Positions 22,017 to 33,682 are shown, counted from the first letter of the stretch. The stretch: DNA of 64,000 bases from Desulfocapsa sp. (GCA_029934815.1 JAOZLM010000001.1:41-64040); one strand, 5' to 3'. Translations and numbers: made by a program. Notes: generated by a model not told the origin, from the sequence alone.

Positions 22017-22664
22017 TTGGGGCAAAAAGTTAACCCGTTAGGGATCAGGCTTAATATTACTCGGACATGGGATTCAATCTGGTATGCCGATAAGGACTAC
22101 TCGAAAAATCTTATTGAAGATCAGAAGATCAGAAAATTTCTGAAGAAGCGTCTTTCACATGCTAGTCTTTCAAGGATTGTTCTTGAGCGTACTGGTGAAA
22201 AAGTTCGTGTGAAACTTTTCACCGCTCGTCCAGGTATAGTTATCGGAAAGAAAGGGTCAGAAATTGAACTCCTCAAAAAGGATCTCGAGAATCTGATCAA
22301 TCGCAAAGCTGTTATCGATATTCAGGAAGTTCGTCGTCCTGAAGCAGATGCACAGCTTGTTGCTGAGAATATTGCTCAGCAGCTTGTGAGAAGAGTCGCA
22401 TTCAGACGAGCTATGAAAAAAGCTGTCACTTCCGCTCAACGTTTCGGTGTGAAGGGAATTAAAATTTCCTGTTCAGGTCGATTGGGTGGTGCTGAAATGT
22501 CCCGCTGTGAATGGGTTCGTGAAGGCAGAGTTCCACTACACACACTCCGTGCTGATGTGGATTATGCACTTGCCGAGGCCAATACAACCTATGGCATTAT
22601 TGGAATTAAAGTATGGATTTTCAAGGGTGAGGTTCTGAAAAAGAGCGAAACCCAGGATGCGTAA
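22017..22664 (+). CDS. rpsC: 30S ribosomal protein S3 (TTG start)
   Basis: [28 protein letters not shown]; GGAGG RBS. Confidence 0.99.
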   Translation: MGQKVNPLGIRLNITRTWDSIWYADKDYSKNLIEDQKIRKFLKKRLSHASLSRIVLERTGEKVRVKLFTARPGIVIGKKGSEIELLKKDLENLINRKAVIDIQEVRRPEADAQLVAENIAQQLVRRVAFRRAMKKAVTSAQRFGVKGIKISCSGRLGGAEMSRCEWVREGRVPLHTLRADVDYALAEANTTYGIIGIKVWIFKGEVLKKSETQDA

Positions 22665-22717
22665 TTAAAAGTTACGTTTCTTAGTTGATTATTCATTAAT
22701 AATATCGGAGTTTAATC

Positions 22718-23134
22718 ATGTTAAGTCCTAAAAAGGTCAAACATAGAAAAGTCTTTAAGGGGAAGAATCGTGGTAAAGCGTATCGCGGCTCCACAATCTC
22801 CTTTGGCGAATATGCTTTGAAAGCTGTTGAGCAGGGCAAACTTACTGCTCAACAAATCGAAGCAGCACGTATTGCCATTAACAGAAAAATTAAACGTGGT
22901 GGTCAGGTCTGGATTCGGGTTTTCCCCGATAAACCAGTAACATCAAAGCCTGCTGAAACACGTATGGGTAAAGGTAAAGGTGCTCCTGATCATTGGGTTG
23001 CTGTTACCAAACCGGGTAAAATCATTTATGAGCTTGCCGGTGTCGAAGAAGAGCTTGCCATTAGGGCACTCACTCTTGCAGGAGCAAAACTTCCTTTTAG
23101 AACCAAGGTTATCTCAAAGAGGAGCACATTATGA
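22718..23134 (+). CDS. rplP: 50S ribosomal protein L16
   Basis: [18 protein letters not shown]. Confidence 0.99.
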   Translation: MLSPKKVKHRKVFKGKNRGKAYRGSTISFGEYALKAVEQGKLTAQQIEAARIAINRKIKRGGQVWIRVFPDKPVTSKPAETRMGKGKGAPDHWVAVTKPGKIIYELAGVEEELAIRALTLAGAKLPFRTKVISKRSTL

Positions 23135-23313
23135 AAATATCCGAACTGCGCTCAATGTCTAGCGATGATCTTCAGAAAAAATTGGTTGATCTGAAAGAAG
23201 AGATCTCAAATCTCACCTTTCAACATAAAATTCGACCTCTTGAGAATACATCAAGTATTAAGAAACTTCGTAAAGACGTAGCACGTATAAATACCCTTTT
23301 TAATGAGAATTAA
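23131..23313 (+). CDS. rpmC: 50S ribosomal protein L29
   Basis: 60 aa, RKDVARINT; between rplP and rpsQ. Confidence 0.95.
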   Translation: MKISELRSMSSDDLQKKLVDLKEEISNLTFQHKIRPLENTSSIKKLRKDVARINTLFNEN

Positions 23314-23376
23314 AAGGTACAATACAAATAACTAATAACGTAGCACAGAGTTATTATTACTCAAATTGAGTGAATT

Positions 23377-23640
23377 ATGAGTGAGACAAAAACAAATAAG
23401 AAGAGCAGGACCGGAACTGTAGTCAGCAATAAGATGGAAAAAAGCATTGTTGTCCGTGTTGAAAGAACTGTGAAGCATCAGTTCTATGGAAAATATGTCA
23501 AAAAAAGTGTTAAATATCTTGCTGATGATCCTGAAAATACCTGTAACATTGGAGATATCGTAAATATTGAAGAATGTCGTCCCTTGAGTAAGAAAAAGAG
23601 ATGGCGTCTACGCGAAATCATTCGTCAGGCTGTAGTCTAA
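23377..23640 (+). CDS. rpsQ: 30S ribosomal protein S17
   Basis: GTVVSNKMEKS, ECRPLSKKKRW. Confidence 0.98.
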   Translation: MSETKTNKKSRTGTVVSNKMEKSIVVRVERTVKHQFYGKYVKKSVKYLADDPENTCNIGDIVNIEECRPLSKKKRWRLREIIRQAVV

Positions 23641-23698
23641 AGCCTTTCGAATTACTCCACTATTTTTGATTAGCAACTGATTAATATCAGGTGAGATT

Positions 23699-24067
23699 AT
23701 GATACAAAGTGAAACAGTACTGAATGTCGCAGACAATTCAGGAGCAAAAAAGGTACTCTGCATCAGAGTTCTTGGTGGAACCAGAAGACGTTACGCAGGT
23801 ATTGGTGATGTTATTGTGGTAACCGTTAAGGAAGCTCTGCCAAATGCGAAAGTAAAAAAGGGCGATGTCATGAAAGCAGTTGTTGTTCGTACCGCTAAAG
23901 AGATGAAGCGAATGGATGATACCTGGGTTAAATTTGACGATAATGCAGCAGTTATTCTTGCTGCAAACGGTGAGCCTGTTGGTACTCGTATCTTTGGCCC
24001 CGTCGCTAGAGAGTTACGTAACCAGGGATTTATGAAAATTATCTCTCTTGCGCCTGAGGCGTTATAA
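23699..24067 (+). CDS. rplN: 50S ribosomal protein L14
   Basis: [20 protein letters not shown]. Confidence 0.99.
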   Translation: MIQSETVLNVADNSGAKKVLCIRVLGGTRRRYAGIGDVIVVTVKEALPNAKVKKGDVMKAVVVRTAKEMKRMDDTWVKFDDNAAVILAANGEPVGTRIFGPVARELRNQGFMKIISLAPEAL

Positions 24068-24123
24068 AACGAGTTGAGCAAGTAAATCCGCTTTAAAGGC
24101 GGTTTTAAAAAAAGGTGCTGAAA

Positions 24124-24456
24124 ATGGCAAAGGGAATGACATACCTGAAGAAAGATGATCAGGTAGAAGTAACAGCAGGAAAAGACAAGGGACGCGTTGG
24201 AAAAGTTCTCCAGGTGTTTCCTGACAAAGAAAGAGCATTGGTTGAACGCATTAATATGATTAAGCGTCATACCAAGCCTACTGAGATGAACCAACAGGGT
24301 CAGATCGTTAATCGTGAAGCTACCATTCATGTTTCCAATCTGCAGTTGATATGTCCGGAATGTACCAAAACCGGAAAAGTTGGTAAAAAATTCTTAGAAG
24401 ATGGAACCAAAGTGCGCTTCTGTAAAAGTTGCGGCGAGTCCATCGAAAGCAAATAG
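24124..24456 (+). CDS. rplX: 50S ribosomal protein L24
   Basis: KOW motif [14 protein letters not shown]; start placed at ATG 24124 after AGGTG. Confidence 0.96.
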   Translation: MAKGMTYLKKDDQVEVTAGKDKGRVGKVLQVFPDKERALVERINMIKRHTKPTEMNQQGQIVNREATIHVSNLQLICPECTKTGKVGKKFLEDGTKVRFCKSCGESIESK

Positions 24457-24483
24457 TAATCAGGCAATTGCCAGGAGTATCAA

Positions 24484-25023
24484 ATGGGTTCGCTTAAAGA
24501 CCATTATAATAACGAATGTAAACCGGCTCTGCAGAAGGAATTTGGTTACAGCAACGTAATGCAGATTCCAAAGCTTGACAAAATAGTCCTCAATATGGGA
24601 CTTGGTGAAGCCGTCCAAAATCCTAAGATTATCGATGGAGCAGTTGAAGAGCTGACTCGTATTGCCGGACGTAAGGCTGTTGTCACCAAAGCAAAAAAAT
24701 CCATTGCAGGGTTTAAACTAAGAGAAGGAATGCCAATTGGCTGTCGTGTAACTTTACGTGCCGATGTAATGTATGACTTCTATAGTAAACTTGTTAATAT
24801 CGCTCTTCCCCGGGTTCGTGATTTCCGTGGAGTTTCTCCCAAGTCTTTTGATGGACGTGGAAATTTCTCCATGGGTGTTAAAGAGCAAATTATTTTTCCT
24901 GAGATTGATTTCGACAAGATCGATAAGATCAAAGGATTAAATATCAGCATTGTAACTACAGCCAATAACGATGACGAGGCCCGAAGCCTTCTCAAACATC
25001 TTGGTATGCCGTTCAAACACTGA
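24484..25023 (+). CDS. rplE: 50S ribosomal protein L5
   Basis: [25 protein letters not shown]. Confidence 0.99.
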   Translation: MGSLKDHYNNECKPALQKEFGYSNVMQIPKLDKIVLNMGLGEAVQNPKIIDGAVEELTRIAGRKAVVTKAKKSIAGFKLREGMPIGCRVTLRADVMYDFYSKLVNIALPRVRDFRGVSPKSFDGRGNFSMGVKEQIIFPEIDFDKIDKIKGLNISIVTTANNDDEARSLLKHLGMPFKH

Positions 25024-25066
25024 TTCATTATTCATTAACTTTAGATATAAGTAACTGGAGGTCGGT

Positions 25067-25252
25067 TTGGCTAAGAAATCTCTCATTGCGAAAGCAAAAA
25101 GAACGCCAAAATTTGCGGTTCGGAAGTATAACAGATGTCCACTTTGCGGACGCCCAAAAGCATTTATCCGTAAGTTCGGTATGTGCAGAATCTGTTTTCG
25201 TAAGTTGGCATCCAGCGGCCAGGTTACCGGTGTGACGAAGTCATCCTGGTAA
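25067..25252 (+). CDS. rpsN: 30S ribosomal protein S14, Zn-binding type Z (TTG start)
   Basis: 61 aa, CPLCGR...CRIC. Confidence 0.97.
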   Translation: MAKKSLIAKAKRTPKFAVRKYNRCPLCGRPKAFIRKFGMCRICFRKLASSGQVTGVTKSSW

Positions 25253-25302
25253 ACATAGAAGCTACTGGAACATAATATATAAATTAGATAGGAGAGTTCG
25301 CC

Positions 25303-25701
25303 ATGTCCATGAGCGATCCCCTGGCAGACATGCTGACCAGGATACGAAATGGTTTGAAGGCTAAGTTTGATACAGTTGAAATGCCTTCATCCAACACAAA
25401 AACAAATATTGCCAAAGTCCTCAAAGAGGAAGGCTATATCACCGCATTTTCAATCAAAGAAGGGGGACCTCAGGGGACCTTGAGTATTGAGCTGAAATAT
25501 GGTGCGGATAACACACCGGTTATTTCCGGAATTAAACGTGTTAGTAAACCCGGTCTGCGTAAGTATACTGGTGTTGACGGTATTCCTAAAGTTCTTAATG
25601 GACTTGGCATCGCCATCCTTTCAAGTTCAAAGGGCGTTATTACTGATAGAACCGCAAGGGCCAGTAATGTAGGCGGTGAAATTCTTTGCGAGGTCTGGTA
25701 A
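25303..25701 (+). CDS. rpsH: 30S ribosomal protein S8
   Basis: [29 protein letters not shown]. Confidence 0.99.
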   Translation: MSMSDPLADMLTRIRNGLKAKFDTVEMPSSNTKTNIAKVLKEEGYITAFSIKEGGPQGTLSIELKYGADNTPVISGIKRVSKPGLRKYTGVDGIPKVLNGLGIAILSSSKGVITDRTARASNVGGEILCEVW

Positions 25702-25725
25702 GACCAGCAAATAACGGAGGTAATC

Positions 25726-26268
25726 ATGTCTCGTATTGGAAAAATGCCAATTCCTGTGCCTGCTGATATTAAAGTTGATATCAAAGGCCAGGTAATATCA
25801 ATAAGTGGTAAAAACGGAAAGCTTGAACGTGATGTTATGCCTGAACTCGAAGTTTCCATGAAAGATCAGGAAATTATTGTCGAGAACAGAGATAACAGCA
25901 AACGTACAAATGCATTTCGTGGAATGACCCGAAGCCTCATTAACAACATGGTAATTGGTGTTAGTGATGGTTTCAAAAAGACACTTATTGTAGAAGGCGT
26001 AGGATATAAAGTTAACATGGCCGGTAAGACTCTGACATTGAATGTTGGATATTCTAATCCGGTTGCGTTTCCAGTTCCCGAAGGTGTCCAGGTGACTGTT
26101 GATGGAAACAATAAAATAATTGTTGAATCCAACGACAAAGAACTTCTTGGTCTGACCAGTGCAAAAATTCGCGAAGTTCGTAAGCCTGAACCTTATAAAG
26201 GAAAAGGAATACGGTATGAAGATGAGCACATTGTACGTAAGGTTGGTAAAGCAGGCGCCGCAGCGTAA
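25726..26268 (+). CDS. rplF: 50S ribosomal protein L6
   Basis: MSRIGK, PEPYKGKGIRY. Confidence 0.99.
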   Translation: MSRIGKMPIPVPADIKVDIKGQVISISGKNGKLERDVMPELEVSMKDQEIIVENRDNSKRTNAFRGMTRSLINNMVIGVSDGFKKTLIVEGVGYKVNMAGKTLTLNVGYSNPVAFPVPEGVQVTVDGNNKIIVESNDKELLGLTSAKIREVRKPEPYKGKGIRYEDEHIVRKVGKAGAAA

Positions 26269-26318
26269 ATAATTACAGTCGAAATTGACTGTTATTCTAA
26301 AAAATATGGTAAGGAAAA

Positions 26319-26681
26319 ATGGCTAAGACGAATCCTAAGACAACAGCCAGGGCAAAACGTGTCCGACGCATTCGCAAAAAGATTACTGGAACCAGTGATC
26401 AACCGCGTCTTAGAGTCTTTAAAAGTAACAAACACATATATGCTCAGATCATTGATGACTCTGTAGGCAAAACTCTTGCTTCAATGTCAACAATTGATAA
26501 GGCTTTTGAAGGCGAGAAAACTGATAAAACCGGAAGTGCAAAAAAGGTTGGAATGTTAATTGCGGAAGCTGCTAAAAATGCAGGTATAAGCAAAGTGACC
26601 TTTGATCGTGGCGGTTATATTTATCACGGTAGAGTAAAAGCACTTTCCGATGGAGCTCGGGAAGGCGGGCTTCAATTTTAA
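26319..26681 (+). CDS. rplR: 50S ribosomal protein L18
   Basis: [27 protein letters not shown]. Confidence 0.99.
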   Translation: MAKTNPKTTARAKRVRRIRKKITGTSDQPRLRVFKSNKHIYAQIIDDSVGKTLASMSTIDKAFEGEKTDKTGSAKKVGMLIAEAAKNAGISKVTFDRGGYIYHGRVKALSDGAREGGLQF

Positions 26682-26701
26682 CGTTAATTTAGGGGGTTCC
26701 C

Positions 26702-27214
26702 TTGGCAGATTTTAAACGTTCGAGGAATGAAGGTTCCGACGAATTCATTGAAAAAATCGTATTTATTAACCGCGTCGCCAAAGTTGTAAAAGGCGGACGT
26801 CGGTTTAGCTTTAGTGCCATTGTTGTTGTTGGTGACGGAAAAGGTAAAGTAGGGTACGGGCTTGGTAAAGCCAATCTCGTTCCAGAAGCTATCCGTAAGG
26901 GCGTTGAGAGAGCAAGAAAAGATATGTCTCCTGTTTCTCTTACTGATGCATCAATTCCCCATCAGGTTATTGGTCGATACGGAGCCGGCAAGGTTCTTTT
27001 GAAACCAGCATCTGAAGGTACTGGCCTCATCGCTGGTGGTCCGGTTCGTGCAGTTCTTGAAGCAGTTGGTGTGAAAAATGTTCTCACCAAGTGTTTAGGT
27101 TCTCACAACCCACACAATATGGTAAAAGCGACAATTGAAGGTCTTCATTCTCTTCGCTCTGCACAGAAAATTGCAGAGATGCGCGGTAAATCCGTCGAAG
27201 AAATTCAGGCTTAA
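26702..27214 (+). CDS. rpsE: 30S ribosomal protein S5 (TTG start)
   Basis: [23 protein letters not shown]. Confidence 0.99.
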   Translation: MADFKRSRNEGSDEFIEKIVFINRVAKVVKGGRRFSFSAIVVVGDGKGKVGYGLGKANLVPEAIRKGVERARKDMSPVSLTDASIPHQVIGRYGAGKVLLKPASEGTGLIAGGPVRAVLEAVGVKNVLTKCLGSHNPHNMVKATIEGLHSLRSAQKIAEMRGKSVEEIQA

Positions 27215-27219
27215 TTTTT

Positions 27220-27266
27220 AAAGCATAGCTTCATCCATTAGTAATGGAAAACGCTATGCTTTTTTT
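27220..27266 (+). terminator. Terminator-like hairpin between rpsE and rpmD
   Basis: AAAGCATAGC...GCTATGCTTT stem with an inner TCCATT/AATGGA stem and a T run. Confidence 0.55.
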
Positions 27267-27294
27267 CTATTTATATTGAGTAAAGGGTAGTCAA

Positions 27295-27477
27295 ATGTCC
27301 GATACAATCACATTTACTCTCGTCAAGAGCGGAATCGACAGTACCAAGAAGATCCAGGCAACACTGATCGGTCTTGGACTGACAAAAATGCAAAAGACTG
27401 TAACTCGTAAGGATACCCCCGAAATGCGTGGTATGCTGAACAAAGTTGCACATCTTGTCCGTGTCGAGGAGGCTTAA
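27295..27477 (+). CDS. rpmD: 50S ribosomal protein L30
   Basis: TLVKS...GLGL...[16 protein letters not shown]. Confidence 0.96.
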   Translation: MSDTITFTLVKSGIDSTKKIQATLIGLGLTKMQKTVTRKDTPEMRGMLNKVAHLVRVEEA

Positions 27478-27478
27478 C

Positions 27479-27928
27479 ATGATTAATTTAGGAAATCTCT
27501 CTCCCGTTAAGGGAGCCAGAAAACAGCGTAAACGCCTTGGTCGTGGCCCCGGTAGTGGTCATGGAAAGACTGCAGGTCGAGGACACAAAGGCTTTAAATC
27601 ACGTTCAGGTTCCGGTATCAAACCAGGATTTGAGGGTGGCCAGATGCCATTACAGCGTCGTCTGCCAAAACGTGGTTTCACCAATATCAATAAAATTAAG
27701 TTCAGTCTTGTTTCTTTAAGCACCTTAGAGAAACTGGAAGACGTTAGTGATGTAACTACTGCGTCTCTTATTGAGCTTGGCATTGCCAACAAAGGTTTAC
27801 CTGTAAAGATACTTGCCAATGGCGAGATCACTAAAGCTGTTACTGTAACAGTTGATAAGGTAAGTGGAGCTGCACAAGCTAAAATTGAAGCTGCTGGCGG
27901 TAAAGTCGTCACTGCTACTGCGGAATAA
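27479..27928 (+). CDS. rplO: 50S ribosomal protein L15
   Basis: GRGPGSGHGKTAGRGHKG, FEGGQMPL; start at ATG 27479 after GGAGG. Confidence 0.98.
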   Translation: MINLGNLSPVKGARKQRKRLGRGPGSGHGKTAGRGHKGFKSRSGSGIKPGFEGGQMPLQRRLPKRGFTNINKIKFSLVSLSTLEKLEDVSDVTTASLIELGIANKGLPVKILANGEITKAVTVTVDKVSGAAQAKIEAAGGKVVTATAE

Positions 27929-27934
27929 TCAATT

Positions 27935-29227
27935 ATGAGTGGACTGCAGAACGCTGCAAAATCACCTGATTTACGAAAGAAAATATTCTTTACACTGGCT
28001 ATGCTTGCCGTGTATCGAATGGGCGTGCAGGTACCTACCCCCGGAATTAACGGAGAGGCACTTGCCGCATTCTTTGCCAAAAATGCCGGCAATATTTTCG
28101 GTATGTTCAATATGTTCTCCGGTGGTGCTTTAGAGAATTTCTCTATTTTTGCACTCGGTATCATGCCTTACATCTCCGCATCCATTATTATTCAGTTGCT
28201 TACAGTGGTTATTCCACAGCTCGAGACACTGAAGAAAGAAGGGGAGGCTGGTCAGAGAAAAATTACCCAGTATACCCGATATGGAACGGTAGGACTGAGT
28301 ATCATACAGGGAACATTTATTGCTACCGGCCTGCAGAGTATGGTCGGGCCTGGTGGAGAACCTATTGTTCTGAATCCTGGTACACCTTTTATCCTGATGA
28401 CGATGATTACGCTTACTGCAGGTACATCATTTATCATGTGGCTTGGTGAACAGATGACAGAGCGTGGTATCGGTAACGGTATTTCTCTGATCATATTTGC
28501 TGGTATTGTTGCTCGTGGACCATCTGCGCTTGTGAATTCCATTCAGCTTGTGAAGGCCGGAGAAATCACACTCTTTTTTGTTCCGTTAATCATGGTGTTC
28601 ATGGTCGGCGTTGTCGCTGTAATTGTTTTCTTTGAGACTGCGCAAAGACGTATTCCAATTCAATATGCGAAGCGTGTTGTTGGTCGAAAAGTTTATGGCG
28701 GGCAGAGTTCACACCTTCCACTGAAAATTAATATTGCCGGGGTAATTCCTCCAATTTTTGCTTCATCTATAATGATGTTTCCTGCAACAATTGGTGGCTT
28801 TATTCAGGTTGACTGGGTACAGCAGGTTTCTGCTGCAATGTCTCCAGGTACCATTTATTACTATGCATTGTATATTGCAATGATCGTATTCTTCTGTTTC
28901 TTTTATACAGCGGTTACTTTCAAGCCAGATGACGTTGCAGAAAATTTAAAGAAAAATGGTGGTTTCGTGCCGGGTATACGTCCTGGTCGAAAAACTGCAG
29001 ACTTTATAGATAAGGTATTAACCAGATTGACTGTTGTAGGTGCAATTTATCTTAGTGCGGTTTGTGTTTTACCGACTGTGCTTATAGCAAAATTTAACCT
29101 GCCATTCTATTTTGGTGGAACAGCGTTGCTCATTATCGTAGGTGTGGCCATTGATACCATATCACAGGTACAATCACAGATGGTGATGACCAATTACGAT
29201 GGTTTCATGAAGTCACGCAATAAGTAG
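27935..29227 (+). CDS. secY: Preprotein translocase subunit SecY
   Basis: SIFALGIMPYISASII, GIGNGISLIIF, PGIRPG. Confidence 0.99.
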   Translation: MSGLQNAAKSPDLRKKIFFTLAMLAVYRMGVQVPTPGINGEALAAFFAKNAGNIFGMFNMFSGGALENFSIFALGIMPYISASIIIQLLTVVIPQLETLKKEGEAGQRKITQYTRYGTVGLSIIQGTFIATGLQSMVGPGGEPIVLNPGTPFILMTMITLTAGTSFIMWLGEQMTERGIGNGISLIIFAGIVARGPSALVNSIQLVKAGEITLFFVPLIMVFMVGVVAVIVFFETAQRRIPIQYAKRVVGRKVYGGQSSHLPLKINIAGVIPPIFASSIMMFPATIGGFIQVDWVQQVSAAMSPGTIYYYALYIAMIVFFCFFYTAVTFKPDDVAENLKKNGGFVPGIRPGRKTADFIDKVLTRLTVVGAIYLSAVCVLPTVLIAKFNLPFYFGGTALLIIVGVAIDTISQVQSQMVMTNYDGFMKSRNK

Positions 29228-29242
29228 TAGACGGGTAGCTAA

Positions 29243-30043
29243 ATGACTGGTGCTGGCGGGCAACAATCCGCAAAACCCATATTGGTAAAAACTGCTGATG
29301 AGATTAAGATCATGCGGGATGCCAATCAGATAGTTGCTGAAACGCTCTCAATGCTTCTTGATATTACTGAGCCTGGAATCACCACTTTTGAGCTGGATAG
29401 AATGGCAGAGGAACTCTGTCGGAAACGAAATTCCATTCCAGCGTTTAAAGGATATCACGGTTTTCCAAGCAGTCTTTGCGTGTCAATTAATGAAGAGGTC
29501 GTTCACGGCATTCCAAGTCGTAAACGAAAACTGAAGAAAGGTGACGTCCTCTCTGTTGATTTTGGCGTTTGTTATAAAGGTTTTTACGGGGATTCTGCGG
29601 TAACTATTCCCGTTGGTAAGATCAGGAAACCAGTGCACGATTTATTACGTGTAACTAAAGAGTCTCTTGAGCTTGCCATTGAGCAGGTTGTACCCGGAAA
29701 CAGGATTTCTGATGTCTCAAAAGCTGTGCAAACACATGCTGAACAACATGGTTTTTCAATTGTTCGCCAGTTTGTAGGTCATGGCATTGGGACATCTTTG
29801 CATGAAGGACCTGAAGTTCCTAACTTTGTCAGTAAGGGACAAACACCAAGACTTATTGAGGGAATGGTTATTGCCATTGAACCCATGGTTAATCTTGGTA
29901 CACATAAGGTAAAAGTACTTCGTGACGGCTGGACAGTGATCACAGCTGATAAAAAGGTTTCTGCTCATTTTGAGCATTCTGTTGCTGTAACAGCAGATGG
30001 GCCACTTGTATTGAGTGCCCGAGATAATTTTACGGACAAATAG
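29243..30043 (+). CDS. map: Methionine aminopeptidase type I
   Basis: SINEEVVHGIP, GHGIG, IEPM, SAHFEHS. Confidence 0.98.
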   Translation: MTGAGGQQSAKPILVKTADEIKIMRDANQIVAETLSMLLDITEPGITTFELDRMAEELCRKRNSIPAFKGYHGFPSSLCVSINEEVVHGIPSRKRKLKKGDVLSVDFGVCYKGFYGDSAVTIPVGKIRKPVHDLLRVTKESLELAIEQVVPGNRISDVSKAVQTHAEQHGFSIVRQFVGHGIGTSLHEGPEVPNFVSKGQTPRLIEGMVIAIEPMVNLGTHKVKVLRDGWTVITADKKVSAHFEHSVAVTADGPLVLSARDNFTDK

Positions 30044-30127
30044 TAAAATAATACTTCTCTTTTTTGCTGAGATATATTATATTCGTCCGATTCGTAATCT
30101 GATTGTATTCTTACCTGGAGTATATTT

Positions 30128-30367
30128 ATGGCCAAAGAAGAAGCCATTGAAGTTGAAGGAACTATAATTGAACCATTACCCAATGCGATGTTTCGTGTTG
30201 AACTGGATAATGGACATAAGGTTCTAGCCCATATTTCCGGTAAGATGCGGATGCATTTTATTAAGATTCTGCCTGGTGATCGTGTCACCATTGAACTGTC
30301 ACCCTATGATTTAACAAGGGGAAGAGTAACGTTCCGGGCAAAGAATAACAGTAAAAAGAAAAAATAA
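30128..30367 (+). CDS. infA: Translation initiation factor IF-1
   Basis: [27 protein letters not shown]. Confidence 0.99.
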   Translation: MAKEEAIEVEGTIIEPLPNAMFRVELDNGHKVLAHISGKMRMHFIKILPGDRVTIELSPYDLTRGRVTFRAKNNSKKKK

Positions 30368-30379
30368 GAGAGTAATCAC

Positions 30380-30493
30380 ATGAAAGTCAGATCATCTGTC
30401 AAGAAAATGTGTAGTGACTGTAAAGTCTATAAACGCAAAGGTGTTGTCCGGGTTAGTTGCAAAGTAAAGAAGCATAAGCAGCGTCAGGGCTAA
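30380..30493 (+). CDS. rpmJ: 50S ribosomal protein L36 (below the ORF-track cutoff)
   Basis: Manual translation [37 protein letters not shown]. Confidence 0.97.
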   Translation: MKVRSSVKKMCSDCKVYKRKGVVRVSCKVKKHKQRQG

Positions 30494-30551
30494 TCATCTC
30501 ATACCGACATTGAGTGTAACCACTCTGTCATTTTTTTAAGGAGTACGTATT

Positions 30552-30917
30552 TTGGCACGTATAGCGGGAGTAGATCTTCCAAAAAACAAACATATGGATC
30601 GTTCGCTTACCTACATTCATGGTATCGGACTCACATCGGCACGGCAGATTCTTGATAAAGCTGATCTGCCACATACAATGAACAGTGATGATCTTGCAGG
30701 TGAAGATATTACCCGCATCAGAAAGATCATTGAGGGCGAATACTCAGTAGAAGGTGATCGTCGTCGAGAAGTTGCTATGGATATCAAGCGACTGACTGAT
30801 TCAGGGTGTTATCGTGGTCGTCGTCATCGTATGGGACTCCCATGCCGCGGACAGAATACCAAGAACAATTCAAGGACCCGTAAGGGACCTCGTCGCGGTG
30901 CTACAGGCCGTAAATAA
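30552..30917 (+). CDS. rpsM: 30S ribosomal protein S13 (TTG start)
   Basis: [29 protein letters not shown]. Confidence 0.99.
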   Translation: MARIAGVDLPKNKHMDRSLTYIHGIGLTSARQILDKADLPHTMNSDDLAGEDITRIRKIIEGEYSVEGDRRREVAMDIKRLTDSGCYRGRRHRMGLPCRGQNTKNNSRTRKGPRRGATGRK

Positions 30918-30938
30918 ATTTTTTAAATGGTGTAAAGA

Positions 30939-31331
30939 ATGGCTGGAGCAAAGCGGAGTGCAAATAAACGAAGAGTCAAAAAGAATGTCCCCGAGGGGAT
31001 CGTTTTTATTTACTCAACATTTAATAATACTATTGTAACCATTTCTGATAAGCAGGGCAATGCTGTTGCCTGGTGTTCTTCAGGAGTACTTGGTTTTAAG
31101 GGTTCTCGAAAATCCACACCTTTTGCAGCGCAGAAAGCTATGGCTGAAGCAGCTGATAAGGCAATGGATATGGGAATGCGAAAGGTTGAGGTTCGTGTTA
31201 AAGGACCAGGGCCTGGAAGAGAAGCTGCCCTTAGAGCTCTTATCAATACAAGATTTGAAGTCAGCAAAATTGTTGACGTTACCCCTGTACCGCATAACGG
31301 TTGTAAACCACCTAAGCGTCGTCGGGTTTAA
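30939..31331 (+). CDS. rpsK: 30S ribosomal protein S11
   Basis: [29 protein letters not shown]. Confidence 0.99.
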   Translation: MAGAKRSANKRRVKKNVPEGIVFIYSTFNNTIVTISDKQGNAVAWCSSGVLGFKGSRKSTPFAAQKAMAEAADKAMDMGMRKVEVRVKGPGPGREAALRALINTRFEVSKIVDVTPVPHNGCKPPKRRRV

Positions 31332-31392
31332 TTGATCTTGTCTTTTAAATTATCTTTTTATAGAAATATATATTTATTAATCGGAGAACTAC

Positions 31393-32022
31393 GTGGCTAG
31401 ATATACAGGTCCTGCATGTCGTCGTTGCAGACGAGAGAATCTGAAATTGTATCTCAAAGGTGATCGCTGTTATTCAGATAAGTGTTCATTTGAGAGAAGA
31501 GCTTTTGGTCCAGGTCAACATGGCCAGGCACGTTTTAGAAAAGTTTCAGATTATGCTATTCAGCTTAGAGAAAAGCAAAAAGTGAAGAATATTTATGGAA
31601 TGCTCGAAGGGCAATTCCGTAATTATTTCCACAAGGCTGATCTGCAGAAAGGCATCACCGGTGAAAATCTGCTTATCATGCTTGAAAGCAGACTCGACAA
31701 CACTATCTTTCGTCTTGGCTTCGCATCATCCAGAAAGCAGGCACGTCAGCTGGTTCGTCATAATCACGTACAGGTCAATGGCCGGAAGGTAAACATTCCT
31801 TCTTACCTTATCTCTGTTGATGATGTGATCACCATTAAGGAAAAGAGCAGAACTAATAGCTATCTCGTCGAATCCATGGAAGCAGTTGCAAGACGTGGAA
31901 TTCCAACCTGGCTAGAGCTTGATAAAGATGCTTTTAAAGCTACTGTTAAAGCTCTTCCTAACCGTGAAGAAATAACAATGCCGATTCAGGAACAGCTCAT
32001 CGTCGAGCTTTATTCCAAGTAA
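31393..32022 (+). CDS. rpsD: 30S ribosomal protein S4 (GTG start)
   Basis: CRRCRRE...C...C N-terminus, QLREKQK, IVELYSK. Confidence 0.99.
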   Translation: MARYTGPACRRCRRENLKLYLKGDRCYSDKCSFERRAFGPGQHGQARFRKVSDYAIQLREKQKVKNIYGMLEGQFRNYFHKADLQKGITGENLLIMLESRLDNTIFRLGFASSRKQARQLVRHNHVQVNGRKVNIPSYLISVDDVITIKEKSRTNSYLVESMEAVARRGIPTWLELDKDAFKATVKALPNREEITMPIQEQLIVELYSK

Positions 32023-32080
32023 TTTTCATTGAATAGCAGTTGCGTTATACTGTTATTTCAAACTTGAATGTAGGAAAACC

Positions 32081-33136
32081 ATGACTGAAACTGTAGAAGA
32101 GACTGTAGAAGAGACTCTCCCTATTTATCGTAATTGGCACGAACTTATTCAACCTGAGGCATTAGAGGTTGATAAGGCCAAACATACCAATACTTATGGA
32201 AAGTTTGTTTGTCAGCCACTGGAAAGAGGTTTTGCCTCCACCATCGGTAACTCTTTACGACGTATTCTGCTTTCTTCCATTCAGGGAACAGCAATTACTT
32301 CAGTAAAGATTGAAGGTGCTCTCCATGAGTTCACCGCCATGGAAGATGTGAAAGAGGATGTTAGTGAGATTATTATTAATCTCAAACAGGTTCGTCTTCA
32401 ACTGCATACTGATGAAACACAGGTTGTTACCATTGATAAGAAAGGAGCAGGTCCAATTACTGCTGCTGATATCTCCGGTGGCCCAAATGTAGAAGTGATG
32501 AATGGTGATGAGCTGATCTGTACACTCACCAATGATGTCGAATTTCACGCTGAACTCACCGTTGAGTGGGGCAAGGGATATCAGCCTGCTGAGAAGCAGA
32601 ATAAAGAAGAGCTGGCCATTGGTCAGATCCCAATAGATGCGATTTTTACTCCCATTCGTCAGATTCAATACAAAGTCTCCAATGCACGTGTTGGTATGCA
32701 GACTGATTATGATAAGCTGACCATTGAAGTTGAAACCGACGGAAGTGTTAAGCCTGAAAATGCACTAGCCTTTGCTGCTAAAATTCTTAAATCTCAATTA
32801 ACAACCTTCATCAACTTTGATGAGAAGGCCGTTGAACCTGAGATAAAAGAAGATGAGGGCGAGGATCTTCCGCCTCTTAATCCTAACCTGAATAAACCGG
32901 TTGAGGATCTGGAGCTTTCTGTTCGTTCTGCAAATTGTTTGAAGAATGCTGATATCAATTTTATCGGTGAGCTTGCTCACAGAACTGATCAGGAAATGCT
33001 GAAGACTAAAAACTTCGGTCGTAAATCCTTGAATGAAATCAAAGCACTTCTTGCTGATATGGATCTTACCCTTGGTATGAAGATTGATAACTGGACTCCA
33101 CCTGAAGTTGCAGACGCAGAAGAAGAAACAGAATAA
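32081..33136 (+). CDS. rpoA: RNA polymerase alpha subunit
   Basis: [38 protein letters not shown]. Confidence 0.99.
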   Translation: MTETVEETVEETLPIYRNWHELIQPEALEVDKAKHTNTYGKFVCQPLERGFASTIGNSLRRILLSSIQGTAITSVKIEGALHEFTAMEDVKEDVSEIIINLKQVRLQLHTDETQVVTIDKKGAGPITAADISGGPNVEVMNGDELICTLTNDVEFHAELTVEWGKGYQPAEKQNKEELAIGQIPIDAIFTPIRQIQYKVSNARVGMQTDYDKLTIEVETDGSVKPENALAFAAKILKSQLTTFINFDEKAVEPEIKEDEGEDLPPLNPNLNKPVEDLELSVRSANCLKNADINFIGELAHRTDQEMLKTKNFGRKSLNEIKALLADMDLTLGMKIDNWTPPEVADAEEETE

Positions 33137-33191
33137 AAAACGTTTTAAATTATATCAGTTTTCAAAAGAATACTGAGTTGAGGATAGAATT

Positions 33192-33584
33192 ATGAGACAT
33201 GGAAAAGCAGGCAAAAGATTAGGTCGTACCGGCTCTCACAAGAAGGCCATGGTTCGCAATATGGTTACTTCTCTTTTTGAGCATGAACGTATTGTTACCA
33301 CCACTCCAAAAGCAAAAGAAGTGAGGAAGGTTGCAGATAAAATGATTACCCTCGCTAAGCGTGGTGATCTGCATGCAAAACGTCAGGCTTTCAGCTTTAT
33401 TCAGAGCAAAGATGTTGTTGCTAAACTTTTCGACGTAATTTCTGCTCAGTACGCTGATCGTAATGGTGGATATACCCGCATTATTCAGACAGGTCAACGT
33501 CGTGGTGATGCTGCTCATATGGCTATCCTCGAACTTGTTGAATACTCTGAAGAGACTGGTACTGAAGAAGAGAGTGAAAGCTAG
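33192..33584 (+). CDS. rplQ: 50S ribosomal protein L17
   Basis: [18 protein letters not shown]. Confidence 0.99.
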   Translation: MRHGKAGKRLGRTGSHKKAMVRNMVTSLFEHERIVTTTPKAKEVRKVADKMITLAKRGDLHAKRQAFSFIQSKDVVAKLFDVISAQYADRNGGYTRIIQTGQRRGDAAHMAILELVEYSEETGTEEESES

Positions 33585-33607
33585 AATCTCTCGGGTTCAA
33601 AATAATA

Positions 33608-33645
33608 AGAGCTGGTATGAATTTATTCATATCAGCTTTTTTTTT
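33608..33645 (+). terminator. Rho-independent terminator ending the alpha operon
   Basis: AGCTGGTATGAA/TTCATATCAGCT stem followed by a long T run. Confidence 0.85.
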
Positions 33646-33682
33646 GTCTTTTTTTGAAAGAATTAGGGGGAGGATGGTGAAC

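Noticed and set aside
168-33518. Many antisense and alternate-frame ORFs over tuf, rpoBC and ribosomal protein genes (e.g. 7813..8685, 8210..8878, 27559..28164)
   Set aside because: They are shadows of biased codon usage in highly expressed genes and show no recognisable motifs.
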